NCBI GenBank assembly: GCA_964016885.1
Contig: OZ024750.1
Coordinates: 7,254,001-7,318,000, forward strand
Reading direction: 5' to 3'
Length of the DNA: 64,000 nucleotides
Source: Eledone cirrhosa
Taxonomy: Eukaryota
The notes beneath the pieces were generated by a model. The model was not told the DNA's origin. It made no database searches and saw only the letters and a program-made list of their open reading frames with translations. The position numbers and the translations under genes were made by a program. This document shows, in pieces, positions 39,037 through 52,083 of this stretch (position 1 is its first letter; each line of letters begins with the position of its first letter).

Positions 39037-39273
39037 GTGTGTATATATAGGTGTATAGGTGTATATATGTTTATGTATAGGTGGGAAAACCCATGATAGC
39101 ATGGAAAATGGATGTTGAACGATGATGATGATGATGATATAGGTGTGTATATATAGGTGTGTGTGTGTGTGTGTAGGAAAGAGTGTGTTTATGTGTGTGA
39201 ATAAAAAAAATTATTTTTAGTATGTGTGTGTGAGAGAGAGGTGTATTGAAGATGGTGTGCATATGTCTACTTG

Positions 39274-39317
<44 letters not shown>

Positions 39318-40789
39318 TATATGTGGCCGTGTAGGCAACACGGTAAAAACCTCCCAGACCCACACTGTAAATGTGGTTGGTGTTAGGAAGGGCATCCAAC
39401 TGTAGAAAACCTGCCAGACAGTCCTATGCGAGCAAGACAACCACTCTTGCCTCAAGTGGGACTACCCCCGTCCAAACCCATGCAAGCGTGGAACACGGAC
39501 GCTAAACCTGATGATGATGATGATGATATATACCCACAAGTAACTCAACTATAGCTTTCCTGCTGAGAGGTAAAAGTCTCTCTTTGTCATTTTAATCTGA
39601 ATAATTATTTGGATGTACATTTTATGGGCAAAACCAACAGGTAAGGATACCCAGGGGTAGACCCTGAGCAAGATGGTTGGATAACATTGATGAACTTGGC
39701 TGGTCTCGCTTGGGGATCCAGCTGGATCAGTTGGAGATGGTTGCTTCTGACAGGACCTGCTGGGAGGAGTGTTTCAGGACTCTGCCTTCACAACCCTCTC
39801 AGGAATAAGAGGGTGAAGAAGAAGAAGAATTTAGAGGACATTATCACCAGATTAACAAGGGATTATATTATATATCATTTAGATAGTCACATTACTGAAG
39901 ACTGGTTCTTTGGATTCACTTGTATCCAGTGCCAGATTTACTATTGTGCTTAGGTATGTTTAAGCACAGAGTCCCACTGGCCAGGGCAGAGGTGCAATCT
40001 TCCTGCCCAAAAAATGTTTTTAACCGCCTTCAGTGCCCAAGTAAGGGGCCTCATAACATAACTATCACAGGGCCTCATTTGTCCTAAATCTGGCATTGTT
40101 TCTATCATATTCCTAATAATGTTTTCATTCCTTTTCAGACAAATGACATACGAGAAATTTGTAAAGTTCAGCCCAATTGGAAGTAAACTCAGACACTCCC
40201 ACTCCTCATATCTTTATTTTTTTAACTAAATGTTTTACTTTACTGACTGCCGTCATATGTAGTATTTTAACAACATCAGTTAAATGGTATATAATGTAAC
40301 CTCATTAACCTAAAATAAAAATAGATTACAGATTATACCCAATAATGTAAACACAATTATATATCTAAATATATTTGCTTTTGAACAGTATCCAGCTGGC
40401 ATAGTGATGTAATCTTTGAGTATTACAGGATGATGTTGTACACTTTGAGGTAACATTTCCTTCACAAAATCTACATAATAGTGGCTAATATCTACATCAG
40501 CTTTTAAAGTGAACTTTGTAATTTTATTAAATGTCTTTGCACTCAATTTCTTATACCAGCATTAGGTGAATAATTCTACAGATTTTTGCAATATTTGACA
40601 CTTTATGTTTGAAGTTGCTGCAAAAGTTTTTTGCAGCAGACCATTTATAGTGCAAATAGTGCAAATGATATTTCTGTTGCAGCTGAATAGACTGACATAA
40701 GTTGTTATTTAATCCAAAGTCAGTCCTGAACACAAGCATCCTATTTTTTTCGGCAAGTGTACAACATTATTTAATGCATTCTTCCTTTT

Positions 40790-41010
40790 TAACCCTTTAG
40801 CATTTAAACCGGCTGTATCCGGCCTGAATCTCTCACCTTTTTCTGATCAAACCGGTCATAACTAGTGACTTATACTGATGTTAAAGTATTGTTCTCAAAA
40901 TAACAAATATCAAAATCCCATAGATTCCATATTATTACCACAATTATTCCATATTATTACCACAAAAATATGATAGTATATATAGATTAATGTAAATACT
41001 ACACGGCTAA
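40790..41010 (+). mobile_element. piggyBac-like MITE, same family
   Basis: Left end ttaaccctttagcatttaaaccgg; degraded right end. Confidence 0.7.
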
Positions 41011-41257
41011 AGATGTTAATGTGTAATTTAAGAAAGATTTTACTACTATTTCTAGCAGGTCGAACAGTGCCATAGACATGCCACCTAACTGGCTTGACTG
41101 ATATAAATAGGGGAGATGTACTACACCTAGCAAAGCAATATAATATAATTGTTTATACTTTTGGCACAAGGCCAGCAATTATCACAGTGTACTTTATTTT
41201 ATCGACCCCATAAGGATGAAAGGCAAAGTTAACCTCGGCGGCATTTGAACTCAGACC

Positions 41258-41432
41258 ATAACGTACCATAGCTGTATACAGCTTTAAATAGATGGCTGGA
41301 GAGCGGCTAACAAAGGTCTTGCTGAGTGATGCCAAGACACCCTCGGCTTTCTTGACAATCTTAGAGACATGCTTTGTCCAACACAAATCGCTGCTGACAG
41401 TAATGCCCAGGTCACGTTCACAAGAGGACTTC
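41258..41432 (-). mobile_element. CR1/L2-type LINE ORF2 fragment abutting a SINE A 3' half (41148-41258)
   Basis: ERDLGITVSSDL.W..HV..IV.KA...L...F..R....LKLY.AMVR motif. Confidence 0.75.
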
Positions 41433-42144
41433 TTGATATCACTATAATATAATGATATTAGAAAGCTTTGAACATTTGACAAATGGGTCAATAAACTGTC
41501 AAATGTTAAACAATTAGTGACAACATTTATTTATTTCTATAATATATTCATCTCTCATTTCACACATTATCACTCTATTTAGAAATTAGCTGACTATTGA
41601 AAATCATAATAGCCAAAAAAAAACCCCCCAAAAAAACCACAATGCAACATTTATATCTAATGAACTTTAATGAGAAACTTTCATTTTAAATATTCTAAAA
41701 ATGTTTAATTTGGTGTAAATTATTGTCACTTTGACAATGTGTTAAAACTGGATAGCGTATAACCAGTGGAAAATATTTGACACTTTGATAATATATTAAC
41801 ACTGCATAGCTAAAACCAGTTCAACTTATTGTCACATTGACAAAATGTTAAAACTGCATAATATATAACAGAACTTTTGAACTATCCCATCTACTGTGAA
41901 GAAAAGGCAGCCAACAGAGAAACGATAAGCTAATTCTTCTAATTACAATACACCAACACACCTTAACATTTTATTAAAACAAACCTTTATGTAGATGTAG
42001 AACCTGATAAAAAATAACAACCAAATCTCTTTCAAATTTTCCCTGACTCTCTTATAAAAGACAGAACAGATTGAATACTGTGGTCTCAGATATATTGTCT
42101 GGATAAAATACAGGGTCATAAGTCCAGGATTTGCCTGGGTTTAA

Positions 42145-42550
42145 TCATCATCATCATCATTACTGTTTAATGTCCATTTTTCCAAGCTAATGCGGGTTAG
42201 ACGTGTTGCTCTGTTATGAGACAAGCCAGCTCTGATGACCACGACTTGCTCATACAGGACTAGTTTTGGTTTCTACGGCTGGATGTTCTTACTAAGACCA
42301 ACTACATTTACAGTGTGTGCTGGGTGCTTTATGTCATGACACCTACATGACCACTGTACAGTGTGGGCTGGGTGCTTTTTGTCATGTCGACTACACGACC
42401 ACTTTACAGTGTGGACTGGATGCTTTTTGTTGGGACACCTACATGTACACTTTACAGTATGGGCCACTGTAAAGTGTGGGCTGGGTGCTTTTTGTCATGT
42501 CGACTACATGACTACTTTACAGTGTGGGCTGGGCCCTTTTTGTTGTGACA
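42145..42550 (-). mobile_element. RTE-tailed short element with internal 46-48 bp tandem units; the copy at 60080-60445 is on the plus strand
   Basis: Unit aaaagcacccagcccacactgtaaagtggtc(g/a)tgtagg..; tail acccatgctagcatggaaaa(t/c)ggac..gatgat. Confidence 0.65.
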
Positions 42551-44334
42551 ACAACAACAATTACAGCAACATAATATTTTACTGAATAGGCTTTTGTTAA
42601 CTTCCTGGATTTCTAGTTATTATCTTTAAGCACAGCAAAGATAAGAAAATAATAATAATTTGTTTATAGTAGAAAGCAAGAAGAACAAGAAGTATATAAT
42701 TCAATATTACTTTAAGCAACAGAACTACAAGTTGTAGTTAATGATACAAAAGGTAAGGGTTAAATGAGGGAGGTATACTATTTTATTTGTTATTCAGCAA
42801 GGTATGTAATTAATACAACCGAAAATAGCATAGCTTGTAGGGGGAAGTACTACTAGAATATAATCTTTGATATTTGGGTAATCTAATTATTGTAAGTAAC
42901 ATAGTAAGTTATGTTCACAGCAATAGAGTCAGAGAATTTCTGACTATGTTTAGTGTGAAAGGTATTCTCCCTACATACTGTGAAGTTAAGCTGCATTATA
43001 TGAATTAGAAATATAATACTGTGACTGGGACAGCTTGACAATAACGAAAAAGGAATTAAAAGTAGATTTTATTGGATGTATACTGAAAATAAAAAGAGTT
43101 AAAATTTAGATAATCTATGAACCAAGGAACAGTCTCTAATAATAGTCTGATCTATCTAACATATGGCAAACCATTAGTTATCGTAAATAAAATACTAAAA
43201 ATAAAGAGAATAACAATAACATTTTAGCTGAATTTTAATCTGATGAATGATATCTGGTGTGTATAGCCATAAGATAATGAAATAAAGTGATATCAGATAA
43301 CATATATAACACATTACACACTGAAAATAAACACTGTGCTTATTATAAGTATTTTACGAGAGACCCCAATATGGACAATTCCATTAATATTATTGTAACA
43401 AATCTGTGTCGGGTTTTTATAGGTTTCCACAAATAACAAATGATTACAATAATAATAAATATATATTACTGTTGAGATTAAAGGAAATGGAATGAAATAA
43501 AATTGCTCTTTTATTCATTGATTTATGTTCTTTATTAATAATTGAATTGAGAGCGAGTCTATTTTAATATTAAGTGATGTAGACTGTAACAAATTGAATG
43601 TTATATATATATCTCAAAGGTATGAAATCAAGGAAGCTTTTATATCTTTAAATTAAACAGTATATTATAATATAGGGTGTTGATGTGTGTGTAGAATATG
43701 AGTAGATAACTATACAGAATTAGGTGTTGACTGAAGACTGAGATAGACAACTCTCTTCTGGTTTAGTTATAATGAGAAGAGGGCAACAGTATCAGGCCTA
43801 GAATATATATATATATATATAATTATGTAATAAACAACATAAGACAATTATTCCATTTACTAAAGGTTTCATGAAGACAGACGAGCTCGACACAGACAGC
43901 TAGACATCTTATGTCTTATGTTGTTTATTACATAATCAAATAGCTCTGTAGCCTACATAGAGCACTCTCCTTTCCTATGGAAACACTTTATATATATATA
44001 TATTAGTAATATATCTATGTATATATTTTAGTATTAGTGCTCTGAAATAGCGATGTATGTATGAATGTATGTATAGTATATTTGATAATATACTGTATGT
44101 TTATTTAAAAAAATTTTGAAGACCATTCGCTATGAATTTTAAAGTAGTGACTATGTCACTTACTTAGTTTCGGCAAATAATCGCTAACGAGTGAGAAATG
44201 GCCATCGGTTGCTTCCCTTTGTTTTTGCTGAGACTAAAGTAAGACATAGTCACTACTTTAACATTCATAACGAATGGTTTTCAAAATGTTTTTAAATAAA
44301 CATATAGTATATTATCAAATATACTATACATACA

Positions 44335-44403
<69 letters not shown>

Positions 44404-45082
44404 GGATTTATTTATTTTCCACAATGGCACACAGGAAATGGGACATTACAAGATATGGGACAACGAGGGTTTTACATGGAAGCATGTAAATAAATTTAAC
44501 AATTATAAAATAAACAATCTAAATCCCTAATGGGGGGACGTCATGTCACTGCAGGGTTGTTTTACATCCCATAGATAGAATAAGCCTCAACACCAAGGGC
44601 ATGTTTTGTAAGTGCTCCTGTCATTTCTTTTGTTTCCTTCAACCTACAGGTTTATATGCAGTGTAGGCCCATTCACTTGGGTCATTTTTGCCGCATTCAC
44701 CCACCTTTCAGTGAAAAGACAGTTTTATACAAATTAGGCTGTGTAATAAATTATAGAACTTCTGAATGGTCTTAATTGCAGAAAGAGACAGTTTTACAGT
44801 CTCATTCTAATCTAATTAATTATTCATGTAAAAAGTCTAATGATACTGACAGAAAAAAAAAAATGGCAATGGCAATAAAACTAAGTTATAATTTGTTGTA
44901 AAGGAAATTTCCAATGTCAAATGATATGATTGATACTAATGAAGAGAAATAAAAGTACAAGATGTAATGAAATCTGAGCTAAATTGATTACCAAACAGAC
45001 TTAAAATGTATCAAATTATCAGCAGAATGGTGAAAAGAAATCTATTATATCAGTTGCTTGAAACTTCAGACATTCTAGCCAG

Positions 45083-47255
45083 GCATATGGTTAGAATGTC
45101 TCAGGAAAGACTTTCTGAATTGAGAGATCACAGCTCCGATACTATGAGCATATGGTTAGAATGTCTCGGGAAAGACTTTCTGAATTGAGAGATCACAGCT
45201 CCGATACTATGAGCATATGGTTAGAATGTCTCGGGAAAGAATTTCTGAATTGAGAGATCACAGCTCCGATACTATGAGCATATGGTTAGAATGTCTCAGG
45301 AAAGACTTTCTGAATTGAGAGATCACAGCTCCGATACTATGAGCATATGGTTAGAATGTCTCGGGAAAGAATTTCTGAATTAAGAGATCACAGCTCCGAT
45401 ACTATGAGCATATGGTTAGAATGTCTCAGGAAAGACTTTCTGAATTGAGAGATCACAGCTCCGATACTATGAGCATATGGTTAGAATGTCTCGGGAAAGA
45501 CTTTCTGAATTGAGAGATCACAGCTCCGATACTATGAGCATATGGTTAGAATGTCTCGGGAAAGACTTTCTGAATTGAGAGATCACAGCTCCGATACTAT
45601 GAGCATATGGTTAGAATGTCTCGGGAAAGACTTTCTGAATTGAGAGATCACAGCTCCGATACTATGAGCATATGGTTAGAATGTCTCAGGAAAGACTTTC
45701 TGAATTGAGAGATCACAGCTCCGATACTATGAGCATATGGTTAGAATGTCTCGGGAAAGACTTTCTGAATTGAGAGATCACAGCTCCGATACTATGAGCA
45801 TATGGTTAGAATGTCTCGGGAAAGACTTTCTGAATTGAGAGATCACAGCTCCGATACTATGAGCATATGGTTAGAATGTCTCAGGAAAGACTTTCTGAAT
45901 TGAGAGATCACAGCTCCGATACTATGAGCATATGGTTAGAATGTCTCGGGAAAGACTTTCTGAATTGAGAGATCACAGCTCCGATACTATGAGCATATGG
46001 TTAGAATGTCTCAGGAAAGACTTTCTGAATTGAGAGATCACAGCTCCGATACTATGAGCATATGGTTAGAATGTCTCGGGAAAGAATTTCTGAATTGAGA
46101 GATCACAGCTCCGATACTATGAGCATATGGTTAGAATGTCTCAGGAAAGACTTTCTGAATTGAGAGATCACAGCTCCGATACTATGAGCATATGGTTAGA
46201 ATGTCTCGGGAAAGACTTTCTGAATTGAGAGATCACAGCTCCGATACTATGAGCATGTGGTTAGAATGTCTCAGGAAAGACTTTCTGAATTGAGAGATCA
46301 CAGCTCCGATACTATGAGCATATGGTTAGAATGTCTCGGGAAAGACTTTCTGAATTGAGAGATCACAGCTCCGATACTATGAGCATATGGTTAGAATGTC
46401 TCAGGAAAGACTTTCTGAATTGAGAGATCACAGCTCCGATACTATGAGCATATGGTTAGAATGTCTCGGGAAAGAATTTCTGAATTGAGAGATCACAGCT
46501 CCGATACTATGAGCATATGGTTAGAATGTCTCGGGAAAGACTTTCTGAATTGAGAGATCACAGCTCCGATACTATGAGCATATGGTTAGAATGTCTCGGG
46601 AAAGACTTTCTGAATTGAGAGATCACAGCTCCGATACTATGAGCATATGGTTAGAATGTCTCAGGAAAGACTTTCTGAATTGAGAGATCACAGCTCCGAT
46701 ACTATGAGCATATGGTTAGAATGTCTCAGGAAAGACTTTCTGAATTGAGAGATCACAGCTCCGATACTATGAGCATATGGTTAGAATGTCTCGGGAAAGA
46801 CTTTCTGAATTGAGAGATCACAGCTCCGATACTATGAGCATATGGTTAGAATGTCTCGGGAAAGAATTTCTGAATTGAGAGATCACAGCTCCGATACTAT
46901 GAGCATATGGTTAGAATGTCTCAGGAAAGACTTTCTGAATTGAGAGATCACAGCTCCGATACTATGAGCATATGGTTAGAATGTCTCGGGAAAGAATTTC
47001 TGAATTGAGAGATCACAGCTCCGATACTATGAGCATATGGTTAGAATGTCTCGGGAAAGACTTTCTGAATTGAGAGATCACAGCTCCGATACTATGAGCA
47101 TATGGTTAGAATGTCTCAGGAAAGAATTTCTGAATTAAGAGATCACAGCTCCGATACTATGAGCATATGGTTAGAATGTCTCGGGAAAGAATCTCTGAAT
47201 TAAGAGATCACAGCTCTGGTACTATAGGCATGTGGTTAGAATGTCCCAGGAAAGA
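45083..47255 (+). repeat. 65-bp tandem array, about 33 highly homogeneous units
   Basis: Unit tgaattgagagatcacagctccgatactatgagcatatggttagaatgtctc(a/g)ggaaaga(c/a)tttc; period confirmed 45181 to 45246. Confidence 0.95.
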
Positions 47256-48331
47256 ATTGCTGAACAAATTTTATGAGCAAAATCAACCGACAGGAGACCC
47301 AGGAGTAGACCCCTGAGCAATAGAGTTGGATAACATCCACGAGCCTGGCTGGTCTCACTTGGGGATCCAACCAGATCAATTGGAGACAGTTGTTTCTGAC
47401 AGGATCTACTGGAAGGAGTGTTTAAGGACTCTGCTCCCATGATCCTCTCAAGAATAAGTGGGCAAAGAAGCTTGAAGCTTCAGTTAATAACATACTTGGA
47501 TGTCTTTACAAAAACTAATATCTGTGAGAAGAAATCAACATGATTATTCATTTTGTTATCATTTTCTAAATATTTGCAGGAATGGGTTAAATATTTCTGC
47601 CTGTTATTCTTGTCATTAAAAATGTATATTTATAATATCTATATCTCTACAACCCTTGCTAACAGGGAGAACAGATGTGAAATGATGGTGATGATGATGA
47701 TGATGATGATCATCATCATCATCATGGTGATTATGGCGATGATGGTGATGATGATGATGACAATGATGGTGATGATGACGACGGTATTGACGATGATGAT
47801 GATAATGACGGTGATGACGACAACGACAATGATGACGACGACACATGATGATGATGATGATGACGACACTACATGTCAGTTTACTCTCCAGTAATTACCA
47901 GGTGTCTTATGGCTGAATATGTTTCATCCTTATAATTTTCTAGATAAGAATCTCAGCTTGTTTTCTTCCTTCAATTTCAACAATTTTACTTACAAAATTT
48001 CTTCAGCATATATTTCTACATCAGTATTCATTATAATTATAGCCCATGGCTAATTTTGGATAATCCACTAAATTATTATCATTTTACACCATATGTTTTT
48101 AGAGTTCTTAACATTTTTGTTTAAAAAACCCCCAAAACATCTATGTACCTTCATTGCTAGTTATCTTGTCTAAATATATAATACATTGCTTAGGTCTTCC
48201 TTTTTTTAAAATTCTAATAAAAGTACAACAGACACGAAAAAGGAATTACTCCATACACATGCACACATGTATTTGTGTGTATATCATGACTCATACACTG
48301 TTCACTTTCCTGACATTTGTGCATTATTCTA

Positions 48332-48522
48332 TGGTGAATTGGCAGTATCAGAAGAAGGTCGGACGGCATGCTTTCCAGCATAGTTACGTCTCTTTACGGT
48401 CTGAGTTCAAATCCCGTCGAGGTTGACTTTGCCTTTCATCCTTACGGGGTCGATAGAATAAAGTACCAGTAATGCATTGGGTAATTGCTGGCCTTGTGCC
48501 AAAAGTAGAAACAATTATTATT
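48332..48522 (+). mobile_element. SINE A
   Basis: Near-full copy. Confidence 0.85.
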
Positions 48523-49981
48523 ATACATATAAAAAATTATACCCTGCTCACTGCAGATGTTCTAGATCCTCAAGCTGTCACCCAGCACGTATCTTTTGTA
48601 CACTGTCAAACTTCTCAAGCATGTAATATCACAACCCTTAAATTTCTAAAATTAATTATACATGTGAATCCTATTTTCAGAATAGATATATCTCTGCATG
48701 TCATAAGAAGCAACAATATGTTTTGGCAACAAAAAGTGCATCTGACTGTAAAACACTGCCTCAGAAAACGCCATCCAATTTATGCCAGCATGAAAGAATG
48801 TGTGTAAAATGATGATGATTATGATGATGACGATGAGGAGGAGGAGAAGGAGGAGAAGGAGAAGAAGGAGAAGGAGGATGGGAGGTTTTATTGTTGCTAA
48901 CATAAACAAATACCTGAAATATTTTAAAGTAAAAATTGATACTATTCTGTGTATTTTATGATATTTCATTGTTTGTTTTTAAAGTACTAAGCAGTTTGAT
49001 AACAGTTTGCGTGTATCACATTATCATCATCATCATCATGTTCCAACAACTGGTGCAGGTGGTCGTTGGGGTACAACCCTAGACACCTTTTCTGTCAGTT
49101 GTCGCCATGGGACTTGTTCTGGGAGATGTGGGATGAAACCACATAGGATATATATTCCGAGACCCCAAAGAGGGTCATAAAGGGAGCAAACCTTGACAAC
49201 CTATATTGGAATATTTATTTAATGACTAAATCATTTTCCTTAAACAGAATGAAGATACCAGTTGTTAGTGGGTCAAAAGATGAAGTATTAAACGAACAGC
49301 TTTCTTATAGATTTCTTTAAAGAGGTGTAACATTCCAGATAGATCTATAAAACCATATGTTTAAAGAACTTATTCAGAAATGTCTAGTATGAAAAATATT
49401 TCTCAATGTAATCTTATTTGAGAAAACCACCTGATCTTGACACTCGTTTAACTTTACTGATTTATTTCAAGTTTGTTTAATCACAATTGTAGTAATAACA
49501 CATGAACTGAGAAATTGTGACATTATGTAACCTAGACTGCGTACAACTGAAGAGATGGCTTAACAGTTAGTTGCTTTTGTTAATAGCAAGTGTAAACAAA
49601 TCTAATGGACTACGCTGATAATAACAGTGAGCAATATCTACATGTCTCTGTTATAGCATTGAATCTGTATTTGTCATGGTCAATTCATATGGAAACTAAG
49701 CATTGCTTTCTTACACATTCAGGCTGAATTATTAGCATAAGAGAAGACACACATTGATATAAAACAGGTTTCAACAATTCACACAAATACTTGAATTAAC
49801 AAAACTATCTAACCCCTACTACCTCCAGAAAACAACTATAATCAGTAAAAAGGTAAATAAAAATAAAGAACAAAACAAAAACAGTACAACTATCAGCAAA
49901 ACACAAAACAATGACATCTGAAAATAAATTGTAATATGAAATCCAGTGGGATAGTTTAATTTTCTTTATCTTCATGTCCTA

Positions 49982-50500
49982 TGAATTGGCAGTATCGGTA
50001 GAGGGTTGGACGCCATGCTTTCTAGCATAGTTACGTCCCTTTACGGTCTGAGTTCAAATCCCGCCAAGGTTAACTTTGCCTTATTATAGGGCAGTGGATT
50101 GGCAATATTGGTAGAGCGTCAGACACCTTGCTTTGCAACATTGAGTTGTGGCCCTTTACGTTCTGAGTTCACATCCTGCCGAGGTTAACTTTGCTTTTCA
50201 TGCTTATGGGGTCGATAAAATAAAGTACCAGTAATGTACTGGGTAATTGTTGGCCTTGTGCCAAAAGTAGAAATAATTATTATAGGCAGCAGATTGGCAG
50301 TATTGGTAGAGCGTCAGACAACATGCTTCGCGACATAGAGTTACGGGCCTTCATGTTCTGTGTTCAAATCCTGCCAAGGTTAACTTTGCCTTTCATCCTT
50401 ACAGGATCGATAAAATAAAGCACCAGTAATGCACTGGGTTCAATTTAATCGACACTTCCCCTCCCCTTCAAATTACTGGCCTTGTGTTAAAGTAGAAACA

Positions 50501-50510
<10 letters not shown>
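49982..50510 (+). mobile_element. Three head-to-tail SINE A copies
   Basis: Heads at about 49982, 50088 and 50284. Confidence 0.85.
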
Positions 50511-50533
<23 letters not shown>

Positions 50534-50554
50534 TTTACTTCATATAATAGATGA

Positions 50555-50870
50555 TTTGAGAGAGAAACTGTATATAAGAGGGATAAGTTTTAGTGTGCGG
50601 GAGAGAAGACTGCATTGGTATGGACATGTGATGTGCATGAAGGATGATCGCTGGGTAAAGAAGTGCCAAGAAATCCCAGTAGAAGGAAGATGCAGTAGAG
50701 GAAGACCACGAAAAACATGGGCGGAGGTGGTGAGAGCTGACCTCAGATCGCTGAAGCTCACAGAGGAGATGACGAAGGACTGTGATGAATGGAGAGATGC
50801 TGTGCTGAATAGGTCCCATCCCACTCCTGCAAGCAGGGAAAAGCAGACGTAAAATGATGATGATGATGAT
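50555..50870 (+). mobile_element. RTE-clade LINE 3' end
   Basis: RERRLHWYGHVMCM..VEGRCSRGRPRKTW; (GAT)n tail. Confidence 0.8.
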
Positions 50871-50877
50871 AATAATA

Positions 50878-51207
50878 TCATCATCATCATCATTTTACGT
50901 TTGCTTTTCCCTGCTTGCAAGGGTTGGACGGGAACTGATTCTGGCTTGATTTCTACAGCTGGATGCCCTTCCTAACACCAACCTCATTTACAGTGAGTGC
51001 TGGGTGCTTTTTTGCCGTGGCACCTCCACGACCACTTTGCAGTGGAATGATATGGACCTCAGTCCCTATCATCTCATTTCTACAGCTGGAGCAATGTGAA
51101 ATAAAGTGTCTTGCTCAAGGAAACAACACATCACCCGGTCTGAGAATTGAACTCACAACCTTTCGATTGCAAGGCCAATGCTCTAACCACTAAGCCATGT
51201 GTCTCCA
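50878..51207 (-). mobile_element. Composite SINE B with RTE-type 3' tail
   Basis: Near-identical to 22929-23277. Confidence 0.8.
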
Positions 51208-51792
51208 AAAAATGAAAATTTTAGTGTTAGACCGAGATTGAACCTCAGACCAAGATCTCCACAGTTTTTCAGACTTATCACTAGGCTACCGAGACTGCTA
51301 TAATATAAGAGACAATATATATATTCCTATACAGGGGCTCCATCAAACTTATTGGTCTTATATATCAGTTGATACAGTGAATAATAAAGACATGAGACAT
51401 AAAAATTATTGGAAAAGTAATATAAATTGAAAACAGCTTGACAATGTTATAAAGAAGATACTGGAGATACTAGGAAACTGTATGTTTCATGAACAATAGT
51501 TGGTGATTGTTGTAAAAGGAGATGTTAAACAATGTGATAGAGTGATTGCATGGAAACTGCTTTCTTCTGAAACCCTGACCTTAATAATAATCATAAAAAA
51601 ATTATGAAATCTATAACAACGAATTCAATAAAGCAATTAACAAATCTAAAGCCTTGAAATCAATCATTGATTAAAAATAAATCAATGAAGTAATTCTGTT
51701 TGTCACACAGTTTTTTATTGTCTGTTTTTGTAGAAAACTAGAACAGACTTTAATCTTTAGATTAGCAAATGATAGTTGCGTTTGGGAGTGTA

Positions 51793-52083
51793 TTAACCTT
51801 TTAGTATTTACATTACTCTATATTTACTATTGTATTTTCACGGTAAAGGCTTTATTTCACATAATATCTCACATAACATTTACATTACTCTATATTTACT
51901 ATTGTATTTTCACGGTAAAGGCTTTATTTCACATTACTATCTTACATAATATCGAACCTATGAGATTTTGATATTATTTATTTTGAGAACAATACCTTAA
52001 CATCGGTATAAGCAACCGGTTACAGCTGGTTTGAACAGAAAGAGGTTAGAGCATTCTGGCTGGTTTAAATGTTAAAGGATTAA
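51793..52083 (-). mobile_element. piggyBac-like MITE with an internal duplication of about 70 bp
   Basis: TTAA at both ends; reverse-complement similarity to the other copies. Confidence 0.75.

Noticed and set aside
45083-47255. CRISPR array, or tandem hammerheads (CTGAATTGA gag..ctc CGATAC)
   Set aside because: There are no unique spacers and the context is eukaryotic. The core deviates from CUGANGA/GAAA, and the unit is fully explained as LINE-derived sequence.
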